Assembly: GCA_002296185.1 (NCBI GenBank)
Contig: DBHM01000022.1
Span: 1 to 53,794 of the forward strand
Origin: Alphaproteobacteria bacterium UBA828
GTDB taxonomy: Bacteria > Pseudomonadota > Alphaproteobacteria > UBA828
Reading direction: 5' to 3'
DNA length: 53,794 nt
The position numbers and the translations under genes are program-made. The notes beneath the pieces are model-generated. The model was not told the origin of the DNA and ran no database searches. It saw nothing but the letters and a program-made list of their open reading frames with translations. Shown in pieces: positions 1 through 10,416 of this stretch (position 1 is its first letter; each line of letters begins with the position of its first letter).

Positions 1-132
1 CTTCTTATAACGCTAATCATTGATTTGTCCAACCCCATCAAATAATTGATAGATAATATTACGTCGCTGTGAAGACCCATATAAGATTATGACAAGTCAT
101 AAGTTTTTAAACAGATTTTAAAGTGAGAGAAT

Positions 133-774
133 ATGATAAAAACCGTTAGTGTATGCTTAACAACAATATTAATTGTTCTATTTCTTGTTAATTCTAATGA
201 TTTACTAGCAGCACAGAAAAAAATAAAAATCGTTACCCCCCCAGAAGCACCCCCAATAGCGTCAGGCTATAAGAGTCGAATGGGTATCAATGGACAAATG
301 CGCAGCCAAACACATCAAGGGATCGATATTATTGGGAAAGATGGCCAGCCGATAATCTCAGTAGCTCCAGGGATTGTACTCGAATCGACAATAGAAAAAT
401 GCTGGGGACCAACAATCGCTATAGATCATGGTAATGATTTTAATGGAGAAAAAATTATTGCTCTGTACGGTCACCTAGGCGAAATGCTCGTATCTGCTGG
501 CGATAAAGTCCAAAGAGGACAATTAATTGGTAGGTTAGGGAATAACCAGTATGATTTTAAATGTATATTTAAAATCAGACACCTTCACTTTCAAATTGGG
601 CGTGAATATACGACCAACAAAAATGGTTGGGGAAGTGGATATTTCCTAAAGGACTGGAATAATGGACGCAATCCACACTATTACTGGTCAGATGGGGAAG
701 GCTTAATCACATGTTATCGTGATGGAGTAAAGTATCGTGAAGGCTCAATTACTTATCCTGTGCCATGTGAATAA
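133..774 (+). CDS. M23 family metallopeptidase, exported
   Basis: N-terminal hydrophobic signal; HQGID (HxxxD), YGHL and HLHF (HxH) M23 zinc motifs. Confidence 0.85.
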   Translation: MIKTVSVCLTTILIVLFLVNSNDLLAAQKKIKIVTPPEAPPIASGYKSRMGINGQMRSQTHQGIDIIGKDGQPIISVAPGIVLESTIEKCWGPTIAIDHGNDFNGEKIIALYGHLGEMLVSAGDKVQRGQLIGRLGNNQYDFKCIFKIRHLHFQIGREYTTNKNGWGSGYFLKDWNNGRNPHYYWSDGEGLITCYRDGVKYREGSITYPVPCE

Positions 775-794
775 CGCCTGCAAGTAATGCTTGA

Positions 795-1763
795 TTAAAC
801 ATAATGGTGTATCACGTAAAGACTATAGATAGCTATTAAGAATAATCCAATAACTCTACCTAAACGCCAGCCGGAAAATATGATAAGTAGAACTAAAGTT
901 GTAGCTCCCAAAACTACCCATACGTCTAAATCCCTTATCTCTGATGGTATCGGAGCAGGCTGAACAATTGCCACAGCACCTAAAATTCCTAAAATATTGA
1001 AAAGGCTAGAACCTAATATATTCCCAAGAGCCACATCTCCATGACGTTTTATTGCTGCAACTAAGGATGTCACTAACTCAGGTAAACTTGTACCAAAAGC
1101 AACAACAGTTAATCCAATTACTGCCTCAGAAATACCCGCAGCACGCGCTATCGTCGTACCACTTTCAACAAGGAAATATGCCCCTATGACTACTCCAGCT
1201 ATACCAGACACTAAAAGGGCTCCACCGAACCAAAAAGACCCCTTTGTTTGCTCAACAATATTTCTTGAGTAAGTATCTTGTTTATAACCAGAACCAATTG
1301 ACTGTTTACTAGACTCTGACCAATAGCTATATGCAACATATCCGGATAGCGCTAATACCATTAGAATACCAGCATAACGTGGAAGAATATCTATAAATGC
1401 TAATCCAGTAACCAAGCATGTTGCTAGGCCTAATGACAATAACTCTCGTGACACAGACCTTCGATTAACAAAAATTGGACATAAAATTACTGTAATACCT
1501 AAAATGAGTAGAAGATTAGCTAAATTTGAACCTAAAACATTACCTATTGCTATATCAACTACTCCTTGAGCAGCCGCACTAATGCTAACCACGAGTTCTG
1601 GAGCTGAAGTGCCAAAAGCAACAACTGTAGCACCAATAAGTAAAGGTGAAACACCCATCTTGCGTGCTATCATTACTGAACCACGAACAAGTATTTCACC
1701 ACCAACAAACAAAAGGATTATTCCACCAAAAAATTCTCCCCATGTTAGTGCATTAATACTCAT
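795..1763 (-). CDS. Calcium/sodium antiporter (YrbG-like, CaCA family)
   Basis: Two alpha repeats GTSAPEL / GTSLPEL with GNVLGSN / GNILGSS; about 10 TM segments. Confidence 0.9.
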   Translation of the reverse strand: MSINALTWGEFFGGIILLFVGGEILVRGSVMIARKMGVSPLLIGATVVAFGTSAPELVVSISAAAQGVVDIAIGNVLGSNLANLLLILGITVILCPIFVNRRSVSRELLSLGLATCLVTGLAFIDILPRYAGILMVLALSGYVAYSYWSESSKQSIGSGYKQDTYSRNIVEQTKGSFWFGGALLVSGIAGVVIGAYFLVESGTTIARAAGISEAVIGLTVVAFGTSLPELVTSLVAAIKRHGDVALGNILGSSLFNILGILGAVAIVQPAPIPSEIRDLDVWVVLGATTLVLLIIFSGWRLGRVIGLFLIAIYSLYVIHHYV

Positions 1764-3127
1764 TTTTGGTCTATCCTATATTCATCATTTTTTAAAAGGG
1801 GATCGATTTGGATTGTAACATTCGCGCTAAGCCATTCGGAAAACTTCTCCTTGTCATTTACTAGCTCCTTCAAATCGGGAGAAATACTTATTGTGAATAT
1901 AGATGATCCTGATCTGGTCTCTCGCTTAAGTTGTGCTGCAATATAATGTTCAATTATTTTCAATCTGAATCGTCTCACAGGCCACTGAAAGTCTCTGTTT
2001 AATTCTGTCATAGAACCCATTAAAGACTTTCCAACCCTACGACGAGTAACCTCAAGAACACCCCCATGTGTTACTCCAAGAACATCACTTGAAACAATAT
2101 CTCCACTTAGAGAAAATTTCATGGAATTAACATATTCTTTAGACCTTTTTTTTCCAGATTCTAGAGGTAAATCTATTGCTATCAATCCCGCAAGATTTCT
2201 CTTGATGATTTCTTGAGCCGATACAGTTATTGCCTCTCTGCAGGCAATCTCTCTAGATCTCAACCCTGAAGCTGTTCCGGAATCAACATCAATAGTCACA
2301 CAAGCAGCTGTTTCTTCAATAATTATTCTACCACCTGACGGTAACCGCACTTCTGAATTTAGCGAATCACTTAGCTGACTATACAAATCATATCTTTCAA
2401 ATAAATCTTCACTTTCCTCTAACTTAATATGACTAATATATTCTGGATCATACTCCTCTATCTCTTTTCTAACTATCGCATAAACCTTTCGATCATCAAC
2501 GTAAAGGGAAGTGTCACCCAGTGCAAACTCTCGGATTATACGACCTAAAAGACCATTAGCGCTCTCAAGATATTGTGATTCAGATAAGCTATGTAAAGAA
2601 TCTTTCACCAATTTCGAGCGATTAAGTAACTTAGCCGCCTCTAACATTATACTCTCAGAGCTAACCTCTGAGGAATAACGGCGCGCAATAAAAGATCCAT
2701 GGGGACGTTTGATATTTGATAATACACTTAGTAATCGATCATATTCTTCTGTATTATTTAATCTACGACTTATAGTATCTTTTTGACCGTGAGGTAAATA
2801 TACCAAATGCCTTCCTAAGTATACCGGCTCAGACGTCACCATCGGCCCCTTAAAGGCATCTCTATCTCTGGTAATTTGAACTATAACTTTGCCCCCTGGG
2901 CGATAGCTTCCCTTTAAAATTGCCTCTGATTTTTTTCCAACTGAAACAAAAAAAGCACCATGCCCAGTAACTGGCCTTGTAAATTTACCCAACCTTATAT
3001 CACCTATTTCACTAATATGACCATCTAACTCAACGAAAAATGCACGCGCTTCTCCCCGCTTATCCACCAGAGCTGCAAAGAATGCAAATGGCGTTACTGA
3101 GATAATTACTTGGTTAAAACTATCCAA
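1760..3127 (-). CDS. Ribonuclease E/G family protein (RNase G-like, divergent)
   Basis: S1-like region with VIVQI..KGP, LPSGG.I.IE.T.A...IDVDSG, RNLAGLIAID and LEVTRRR; downstream of maf as in other alphaproteobacteria. Confidence 0.8.
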   Translation of the reverse strand: MDSFNQVIISVTPFAFFAALVDKRGEARAFFVELDGHISEIGDIRLGKFTRPVTGHGAFFVSVGKKSEAILKGSYRPGGKVIVQITRDRDAFKGPMVTSEPVYLGRHLVYLPHGQKDTISRRLNNTEEYDRLLSVLSNIKRPHGSFIARRYSSEVSSESIMLEAAKLLNRSKLVKDSLHSLSESQYLESANGLLGRIIREFALGDTSLYVDDRKVYAIVRKEIEEYDPEYISHIKLEESEDLFERYDLYSQLSDSLNSEVRLPSGGRIIIEETAACVTIDVDSGTASGLRSREIACREAITVSAQEIIKRNLAGLIAIDLPLESGKKRSKEYVNSMKFSLSGDIVSSDVLGVTHGGVLEVTRRRVGKSLMGSMTELNRDFQWPVRRFRLKIIEHYIAAQLKRETRSGSSIFTISISPDLKELVNDKEKFSEWLSANVTIQIDPLLKNDEYRIDQK

Positions 3128-3132
3128 CCAAC

Positions 3133-3780
3133 TTAATCCTTAATGTTTTGCATTTCATTGATTTTTATATATTTTGAAAAATGCATTTTCCATCCCAAGC
3201 CATTAAGTAGTCCCTTAGTCTGATTAAGTGGTAGACCAACTATATTTGAGTATGAACCGTTTATCCATACTACAAAACTATCAGCAAAACCCTGAATGGC
3301 ATAACCTCCAGCCTTTCCTTTCCATTCACCACTAATTAAGTAACTTTCAACTTCCTTATCAGTGAGTCTTTTGAAACGAACCCGTGTTTCAACTACAGCT
3401 GTTGCTAAAACAGATTTTGGAGAAATAACAGCCACACCTGTCAAAACACGATGACGTCGACCTGATAAGCGCTGCAAACAATTCCTAGCCTGATCAGTAT
3501 TTTCTGCTTTGGGCAAAACATCTCGACCACAAGAAACAACAGTATCTGCGCCTATTATAAAAAATCCAGACTTATGCGAGGATACTGAATATACTTTTTC
3601 CTTTGCTACCCTCAAAGCGTAATTACTAGGAGATTCTCTTATTGATTTCTCTTCACTTATATTAGGATGAATCACCTCGTCGGGGACTACTCCAACTTGC
3701 ATGAGTAGTTCTAGACGTCTTGGAGATGCTGATGCGAGAATGAGCTTATTATTGTTCATTATTTTGGATGGAATCACCAT
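3133..3780 (-). CDS. maf: Maf/YhdE nucleoside triphosphate pyrophosphatase (alternative start 3759)
   Basis: LILASASPRR, GADTVV, GKAGGYAIQG and YSNIVGLP motifs. Confidence 0.93.
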   Translation of the reverse strand: MVIPSKIMNNNKLILASASPRRLELLMQVGVVPDEVIHPNISEEKSIRESPSNYALRVAKEKVYSVSSHKSGFFIIGADTVVSCGRDVLPKAENTDQARNCLQRLSGRRHRVLTGVAVISPKSVLATAVVETRVRFKRLTDKEVESYLISGEWKGKAGGYAIQGFADSFVVWINGSYSNIVGLPLNQTKGLLNGLGWKMHFSKYIKINEMQNIKD

Positions 3781-3888
3781 TCTAGTTTAACCGAATTATC
3801 TACACTTAAATAATTTGATGCCTGATTAATAGTAATCACTCAGCAATCCCTATAATACCTATAAATAAATTAATATTTAGAAAATATC

Positions 3889-4329
3889 CTATATTACTGG
3901 GGCAGGATTTGAGAATCTTGTTAGTAACTTTTTTGATAATTCATCTCTGATCTGTCTAAACGCATCTAATCTTACCTCTCTGCTCCCCTCAATTATAGAG
4001 GGATCCATAGTATGCCAAAATTCAACTTTACACTCAGTAGTCCTAGTCATTTCCATAGCTTTATGTTGAGCTTCTGGAGATAAAGAAATCACCATATCAA
4101 AGTTAGAACTACTTAAATCCTCAAAAGTCTTTGATTGATGTAAAGATATATCTATACCTAACTCTTGCATTACTGCTATCGCAAATGGATCTATCTCTCC
4201 CATACGAACACCAACAGAGTCTATCAACACCCGTCTTCCACATAAGCTTTTCATTAGCGCTTCAGCAATAGGTGAACGCACAGCATTCCATGTGCAAGCA
4301 AATAAAATTCTATCAGGCTGAGTTACCAT
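3889..4329 (-). CDS. Low molecular weight phosphatase / ArsC-like protein
   Basis: CX5R P-loop CTWNAVRS and downstream DP motif; conserved position after UPF0262. Confidence 0.85.
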   Translation of the reverse strand: MVTQPDRILFACTWNAVRSPIAEALMKSLCGRRVLIDSVGVRMGEIDPFAIAVMQELGIDISLHQSKTFEDLSSSNFDMVISLSPEAQHKAMEMTRTTECKVEFWHTMDPSIIEGSREVRLDAFRQIRDELSKKLLTRFSNPAPVI

Positions 4330-4335
4330 GGTGTG

Positions 4336-4824
4336 TTACACACGCATCTGAAAAACGTAAAGGACAGTAAAAAGCCGACGGGCAGTCTTATCATCAACTA
4401 CTACTTTGTCCTTTAATGTTTCTCTTAGTATTTCAGAGCCTTCATCATGTAAGCCTCTTCTGCCCATATCTATTGCCTCAATCCGCGCTGGTGCAGCAGC
4501 GCGAATTGCCTCCATATAAGCTTCACAGACTCTAGCGTAATCTTTTAATAAAGATCTGAAAGGTGACATAGGTATAGAAATCGATTCCACCTTCGAGCCT
4601 GATCCATCTTCTAAATCAAATAAAAGACGATTATCTACGACTCGGAGACATACATTATATGGACCTGGTGAAGCACCCACAGGTGAAAAAAAGTTTGAAT
4701 CCACGAGATCATAAATAGCCACCTTTCTTTCGTGCTCAATATCAGGGTTAGGATGCCTTCCTACCGTATTATCAAGAACTAAACTGGCAATAAATTGAGT
4801 ATCTTGAATATGCTTATCCGACAT
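4336..4824 (-). CDS. UPF0262 family protein
   Basis: IEHER.VAIYDL, IEAIDMGRRGLHDEGS and TARRLFT; start moved to ATG 4824, behind a GAGG SD next to the hisD stop. Confidence 0.88.
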   Translation of the reverse strand: MSDKHIQDTQFIASLVLDNTVGRHPNPDIEHERKVAIYDLVDSNFFSPVGASPGPYNVCLRVVDNRLLFDLEDGSGSKVESISIPMSPFRSLLKDYARVCEAYMEAIRAAAPARIEAIDMGRRGLHDEGSEILRETLKDKVVVDDKTARRLFTVLYVFQMRV

Positions 4825-4828
4825 TGCC

Positions 4829-6136
4829 TCAGTCCGAGGTTTCGTCCATTCGGAGTGAAATAGATAAAGCATGAGCCTCCAGGCCTTCAGCTTTAGCTAT
4901 TTTTATTGCCGACGGTCCAATCGCTCCCAGGCTATGAGAATCACAGCTTACGGTTGTAGTTCTCTTCAAAAAATCTATTACTGATAATCCTGATGTAAAC
5001 CGCGCACTTCTTGAAGTAGGCAAAACATGATTTGGTCCAGCAACATAATCTCCTATAGCCTCGGGGGTAAATCGGCCTATAAACATTGCACCCGCATTAG
5101 TAATTGTTTTAACGAGCTCATCAGGCGATTCTACAGCTAACTCCAAGTGTTCAGGGGCTATTTGATTAGCAAGGTTAGAAGCTTCTTCCATAATTGACTT
5201 GACCAATATTATAGCCCCAAACCGCTTCCAACTGTCGCTGGCTATATCAGAACGTTTTAATGATTTTAAATACCTTCCAATAGAATTCTCCACCTTCTTC
5301 GCAAATTCATCGTTGTCAGTTATAAGTATAGCCCGGGCAGTTGGATCATGCTCAGCTTGCGATAGAAGGTCCATTGCTATCCAATCTGGGTTATTTAGTT
5401 TATCAGCTATAACTAAGATCTCAGATGGACCGGCAATCATATCTATACCAACTTGTCCAAAAACTTGGCGTTTTGCAGAAGCTACCCAGGCATTTCCAGG
5501 TCCTACAATCTTATCTACTGGAGTAATTGTACTAGTCCCATAGGCTAATGCTGCTATGGCTTGCGCACCACCAATAGTCCAAATTTCATCGACTCCAGAT
5601 ACCTTAGCTGCTGCAATCACATATGGACTTAGATTTCCTTCAGGCGCTGGAACAGCCATTGCTATTCTGGGCACTCCAGCAACTTTAGCTGGTATGGCAT
5701 TCATAAGCACTGATGATGGATACGCAGCAGTACCCCCAGGAACATAAATTCCAACAGATGAAATTGGCCTCCATAAAGCCCCTAAACCGACTCCTAAATC
5801 ATCAGTAAAATTGATGTCGATGGGACTTTGCATCTCATGGAATTTCCTTATTCGTAAGGATGCAAAATTTATGGCATCTAAAGTTTCTTTGCTACAAGCA
5901 TCTACAGACTGGTCTATTTTTTCTTTAGTTAAAAGCAGATTTTTAACGTCTAGACTATCAAACCTATCAAGCTTTGAGGTGAGTTCTAAAAGTGATTTAT
6001 CTCCATGCATACGTACTTTATCAATTATTTCTTTTACCCCAGAGTCCACAATTGCAGTGCCGTCTGGCCTTTCATGAATTAGACTAGAAAAGGCCTCTGT
6101 AAAATTACTCTCTGAGGAATCTAAACGCCTAACCAT
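4829..6136 (-). CDS. hisD: Histidinol dehydrogenase
   Basis: [31 protein letters not shown] and [13 protein letters not shown]; start at ATG 6136 overlapping the hisG stop. Confidence 0.96.
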   Translation of the reverse strand: MVRRLDSSESNFTEAFSSLIHERPDGTAIVDSGVKEIIDKVRMHGDKSLLELTSKLDRFDSLDVKNLLLTKEKIDQSVDACSKETLDAINFASLRIRKFHEMQSPIDINFTDDLGVGLGALWRPISSVGIYVPGGTAAYPSSVLMNAIPAKVAGVPRIAMAVPAPEGNLSPYVIAAAKVSGVDEIWTIGGAQAIAALAYGTSTITPVDKIVGPGNAWVASAKRQVFGQVGIDMIAGPSEILVIADKLNNPDWIAMDLLSQAEHDPTARAILITDNDEFAKKVENSIGRYLKSLKRSDIASDSWKRFGAIILVKSIMEEASNLANQIAPEHLELAVESPDELVKTITNAGAMFIGRFTPEAIGDYVAGPNHVLPTSRSARFTSGLSVIDFLKRTTTVSCDSHSLGAIGPSAIKIAKAEGLEAHALSISLRMDETSD

Positions 6137-6794
6137 TAACAGCCTCCCTAAAGCGTTGCACCCAATCTCCAACGCTATTTGCAAGAGTTTTCATTGCTGC
6201 TCGATTCACTACTAACCTAGAAGTCACATCTGCAATATGTTCTACTTCTACTAGTCCATTAGCTTCTAGTGTTGCTCCAGTATGAGTCAAATCAACAATT
6301 CTTCGACACAATCCTAGAGTAGGGGCTAATTCCATAGCTCCGTTTAACTTAATACATTCTGCCTGCACACCTCGAGCAGCAAAATGTCTTTCAGTAAGTC
6401 TGGGGTATTTTGTTGCCACTCTAACGTGACTCCATTGTGCCGGGTCGTCTTTCTGAGCAAGCTCCTTGAGTTCTGCCACCACTAAACGGCATGGAGCTAT
6501 ACCAAGATCAACAGGCGAGTAGAGCTCATCATAATCGAACTCCATCAAAACATCTGCTCCCGCCACACCAAAATGTGCTGCCCCGAAACCAACAAAAGTT
6601 GCCACATCGAATGAACGCACACGAATTATACTTAATTCCTCAATATTCGTGGCGAATCTAAGCTGCCTAGCATCCTTTTCTTGAAATGCCGGTTCAGGAA
6701 CTATTCCCACATCATCCAACAGAGGCATTAACTCCTCAAGAATGCGGCCCTTTGGCAAAGCCAAAATAATACCGTCTTGACCCTTCATTTTCAC
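6129..6794 (-). CDS. hisG: ATP phosphoribosyltransferase, short form (needs HisZ, not in window)
   Basis: [24 protein letters not shown] and G.TL.ANGL; about 220 aa with no C-terminal regulatory domain. Confidence 0.95.
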   Translation of the reverse strand: MKMKGQDGIILALPKGRILEELMPLLDDVGIVPEPAFQEKDARQLRFATNIEELSIIRVRSFDVATFVGFGAAHFGVAGADVLMEFDYDELYSPVDLGIAPCRLVVAELKELAQKDDPAQWSHVRVATKYPRLTERHFAARGVQAECIKLNGAMELAPTLGLCRRIVDLTHTGATLEANGLVEVEHIADVTSRLVVNRAAMKTLANSVGDWVQRFREAVNG

Positions 6795-6830
6795 TCACTT
6801 TCAATCACTACTTATCAAATAAGTATCATA

Positions 6831-7313
6831 TTAATCAATTGGTTCATCACCATCAAAAGTAACCATTAAATTGCTTTGTACTGGCTCATCAAGATCTTCC
6901 ATCCTTATATCAAAACCTTCCACATCAACTAAGATTTCACCACCACATGAGAATATTAGCCTTATACGATTTTTATCTCTAACCTTAAGCGCTGAAATAG
7001 CAATCAACTCTAGTAACCTATTCTCCTTAGTTTGGTCTACTTTCTTTAAAAGGATTTTATGCACACCCTCAATTCTCAAAGCTGCACGAACCTGTTTTAA
7101 TGGCAATACATCCTTATCAAATTTATGACTCGCAGCATCCTCCCAGGTATAACGTACCATTATTGCAGCAAACCGCTCTTCAGCTTTATCATAAGCTATT
7201 TCACCATAACAAGTTACAGCTCCCTGCAAACATGCACTTATTACAGTTAAATCTTCTGACTCCTTAGCTCGAAGACGTAACCTAGATTCATTTCCTGAGA
7301 AATCATTCATCAA
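6831..7313 (-). CDS. DUF2948 family protein
   Basis: LRLRA...EDL.VISACLQ and R..WE motifs; conserved position between murA and his genes. Confidence 0.8.
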   Translation of the reverse strand: MMNDFSGNESRLRLRAKESEDLTVISACLQGAVTCYGEIAYDKAEERFAAIMVRYTWEDAASHKFDKDVLPLKQVRAALRIEGVHKILLKKVDQTKENRLLELIAISALKVRDKNRIRLIFSCGGEILVDVEGFDIRMEDLDEPVQSNLMVTFDGDEPID

Positions 7314-8602
7314 CTTGCTGTCTCCCGGGTAATATAGGCTCCGATTTTAGATAACTTCTCCTCAATCCGTTCATATCCTCTGTCTATATGATAAACCCTA
7401 TCAATCACTGTTTCACCCTCTGCAGCAAGTCCGGCTATCACTAGCGACGAAGAAGCTCTTAGGTCAGTTGCCATTAATCGAGCGCCCTTTAATTGCTCTA
7501 CCCCACGCACTACAGCCACCCCTCCTTTAACGCTTATGTTAGCACCTAGGCGGGCTAATTCTGGTACATGCATGAATCTATTTTCAAATATACTCTCAGT
7601 AACCGCAGAAGTTCCTTTAGCAATTGTCATAAGGGCCATTGCCTGAGCCTGTAAATCCGTTGGGAAGCCGGGATAAATATTTGTTGATATATCAGTAGCC
7701 TCTATTGGTCTGGTTGCTGCGATGTTAATACCATCTTGTGTATTACTAACAGTAACCCCACTCCGTATAAGCATTTCTAATGGTAGTTCTAGATGATCAC
7801 TATCAGCTCCAACTATATTAATGCTCCCCCCAGTGATTGCAGCCGCCATAGCATACGTCCCTGCTTCAATACGATCAGGGATAACTTGGTGTCTAGCACC
7901 ATGAAGTATATTTTTACCTTCAATGATTAAATCATCGCTTCCAATACCACTAATATTGGCACCCATTTTTAATAAACACTTAGATAAATCAACAACCTCA
8001 GGCTCACGGGCTGCATTCTTGATCCTTGTTTCTCCACTTGCTAAGACCGCAGCCATCATTAAATTTTCTGTTGCACCGACGGAAGGAAAAGGCAAAGAAA
8101 TATTAGCACCCCTCAATTTCGTTGGCACAGAGGCCTCTATATACCCATCTACTAGTGAGATCTCAGCCCCCATCTGAGATAGACCTGAAAGATGAATATC
8201 AATCGGCCGCGTTCCAATTGCACAACCACCAGGCAAAGAAACTCTCGCACTTCCAATACGCGCTAATAATGGGCCTAGGACTAAAATAGAAGCGCGCATC
8301 CTCGACACAAGATCATAGCCTGCAGTTGCATTATCTATTCGATCAGCTTGTAAACTTAATTCTTTTGGAAGTGTCTGGTTTAAACTATTCTTTTTTTCTA
8401 AGCTATCAATCTTACAACCATGAGTGGTTAACAAGTCCCCCATAGTCTTGATATCCGCTAAATCAGGAACATTCTCCAAAACAAGGCGATCAGCTGTTAG
8501 CATTGAAGCAACCATAAGAGGTAAAGCTGCATTTTTTGCGCCACTTATTGTGACATTACCAGAAAGCTTGCGACCTCCTATTACTCTAATCTTGTCCATC
8601 AC
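7310..8602 (-). CDS. murA: UDP-N-acetylglucosamine 1-carboxyvinyltransferase
   Basis: SGAKNA, SLPGGCAIGTRP (catalytic Cys), PDRIEAGT, YPGFPTD and HIDRGYE. Confidence 0.97.
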   Translation of the reverse strand: MMDKIRVIGGRKLSGNVTISGAKNAALPLMVASMLTADRLVLENVPDLADIKTMGDLLTTHGCKIDSLEKKNSLNQTLPKELSLQADRIDNATAGYDLVSRMRASILVLGPLLARIGSARVSLPGGCAIGTRPIDIHLSGLSQMGAEISLVDGYIEASVPTKLRGANISLPFPSVGATENLMMAAVLASGETRIKNAAREPEVVDLSKCLLKMGANISGIGSDDLIIEGKNILHGARHQVIPDRIEAGTYAMAAAITGGSINIVGADSDHLELPLEMLIRSGVTVSNTQDGINIAATRPIEATDISTNIYPGFPTDLQAQAMALMTIAKGTSAVTESIFENRFMHVPELARLGANISVKGGVAVVRGVEQLKGARLMATDLRASSSLVIAGLAAEGETVIDRVYHIDRGYERIEEKLSKIGAYITRETAS

Positions 8603-8641
8603 TAGCCTCTGTAAAACACCTTAATAACTTAACGTATGTTC

Positions 8642-9196
8642 CTAAAGCCGAGGAAGTGTTACTCCTGTTTGACCTTGGTATTTACCAGACCTATCAGCAT
8701 AACTGACTTCACAATCTTCGTCAGCTTTTAAGAAGATAAACTGACAAGCGCCCTCATTCGCATAAATTTTAGCTGGCAATGGGGTTGTATTTGAGAACTC
8801 GAGAGTTACATGTCCTTCCCATTCAGGTTCTAAAGGAGTCACGTTTACAATAATTCCGCATCGAGCATAGGTCGACTTTCCTAGACATATTACAAGAACA
8901 TCTCTAGGAACACGAAAATATTCTACAGTTCTTGCCAGCGCAAAACTATTTGGAGGAATAACACAGACATCTCCAGTACGTTCAACAAAACTCTCTGAGA
9001 CAAACTCTTTAGGATCAACAAGAGCCGAGTCAACATTTGTAAATATTTTGAAATCTTCGGAGACTCTTGCGTCATATCCATATGAAGAAACCCCATACGA
9101 AATACAGCCCTCTCGCTTCTGTGATTCAACAAAGGGCTCAATCATCCCTCTAGAAACCGCCATCTTACGTATCCACCTATCGGGCATTATGGCCAT
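8642..9196 (-). CDS. dcd: dCTP deaminase
   Basis: [23 protein letters not shown] and [10 protein letters not shown]. Confidence 0.96.
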   Translation of the reverse strand: MAIMPDRWIRKMAVSRGMIEPFVESQKREGCISYGVSSYGYDARVSEDFKIFTNVDSALVDPKEFVSESFVERTGDVCVIPPNSFALARTVEYFRVPRDVLVICLGKSTYARCGIIVNVTPLEPEWEGHVTLEFSNTTPLPAKIYANEGACQFIFLKADEDCEVSYADRSGKYQGQTGVTLPRL

Positions 9197-9398
9197 TAGA
9201 AATACCTTCCCTTTTTAATTTCCAGCCTATATTGCAAAAATAAACGACTTATTTACTTCTCTTAATATAGGAATCGGTCCCCTATTTCGCGTTTTTTTTT
9301 AAAATTCTTTTTTATTTGACGCTTCTCCTAAAAAAATAAGTGAGATTCTCAAATTTCCCAACATTATTAGGGTTATGCAACGAATCGGCTTATGTAAG

Positions 9399-9569
9399 TT
9401 ATTTATTATCTTGACCAATTTTTTCAGATTCCGAAGCCTTTAGAGCACGTTTTTGCTCTTTTCTACGTCTTAGATTCGTTCTGAGCGCAGATGATAGCCG
9501 CTCTTTACGATTATGGCTCTTTATGTGTTTAGATTGATCCTGCACAAACTTCTTAGAATTATCAGTCAT
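9399..9569 (-). CDS. Small basic hypothetical protein
   Basis: RLSSALRTNLRRRKEQ resembles the small protein often found upstream of dcd/murA in alphaproteobacteria; ATG at 9569. Confidence 0.55.
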   Translation of the reverse strand: MTDNSKKFVQDQSKHIKSHNRKERLSSALRTNLRRRKEQKRALKASESEKIGQDNK

Positions 9570-9614
9570 GGTTGCCCACTGCCATTCTAGTAGAGTATGT
9601 TGCCCCATAACAAT

Positions 9615-9689
9615 GCCGCCGTAGCTCAGGGGTAGAGCACATCATTGGTAATGATGAGGTCGTAAGTTCGATTCTTACCGGCGGCACCA
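9615..9689 (+). tRNA. tRNA-Thr(GGT)
   Basis: Acceptor GCCGCCG/CGGCGGC, anticodon arm CATCA-TT-GGT-AA-TGATG, T loop GTTCGATTC, encoded CCA. Confidence 0.97.
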
Positions 9690-9700
9690 AATAAAACTAG

Positions 9701-10414
9701 TTAAATATTGACCGACAAACTTTTAAGAGCAGAGATACCTATTGGTTTGCCAGAAAATTCTTCCATAGCATCTAACAATGCGGACCAAAAATAATCTGCC
9801 GAAGCACAGTCTGTTAATATATCGTAAGTCAAAACCGCATCAATATCGTGCCTGACTACTATACAGTTTAGTCTAGCTATATTTGTTTGCGCCACCTGAC
9901 CAATGCCAAATACCTGCGGCCTTAGATCAACAGCACATATTTTTGCGAACATACTGGGCGCATATTTTCCTGTCACTTTTAGCCAACAGTTAGTGCTAGC
10001 CCTAGGAACATGAAAAACTCCGTCTGATCTATGTGAGGACCAAGTCATATCTAGGTCATTAACTAGACTACTTTCTGCATTGAGGTCACCTAGGATTGCT
10101 ACTTCACTAGGGGCCAATCTCATGGCCCTCGAATAACATGCCTGCTCGGTAGTAACGTTTGATCCATCGCCAACCTTACAACCATTGGAAACTAGCCATT
10201 TTGCGGCATCCCAACCTTTAAAGCCAGTACGTGGCAAATGACTGAGATCTACTAGGCCCATATTGGAAGATGCTTCAGTTTCACTATCGGGATTACCATA
10301 GTTTAAGGGCACAGCAAATCCACCCATCTCAGCGAAGACAGCTCCAGATTTAATATGTTGTCTATACAAAAAACTACGATTTGTTAGTGACGAGGGATCT
10401 AAAGTTTCAACCAT
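9701..10414 (-). CDS. mgdD: N-methylglutamate dehydrogenase subunit D (sarcosine oxidase gamma / GcvT-like)
   Basis: DLSHLPRTGFKG, FAKICAVDLR and ADYFW..LLDAMEEF; last gene of the soxBDAG-like operon next to gmaS. Confidence 0.75.
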   Translation of the reverse strand: MVETLDPSSLTNRSFLYRQHIKSGAVFAEMGGFAVPLNYGNPDSETEASSNMGLVDLSHLPRTGFKGWDAAKWLVSNGCKVGDGSNVTTEQACYSRAMRLAPSEVAILGDLNAESSLVNDLDMTWSSHRSDGVFHVPRASTNCWLKVTGKYAPSMFAKICAVDLRPQVFGIGQVAQTNIARLNCIVVRHDIDAVLTYDILTDCASADYFWSALLDAMEEFSGKPIGISALKSLSVNI

Positions 10415-10416
10415 AA

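Noticed and set aside
1-38. Start of a minus-strand gene running off the window (MGLDKSMISVIR)
   Set aside because: Too short to support
3889-4329. Arsenic resistance locus
   Set aside because: No arsR, arsB or acr3; this gene is a usual member of the his-maf cluster
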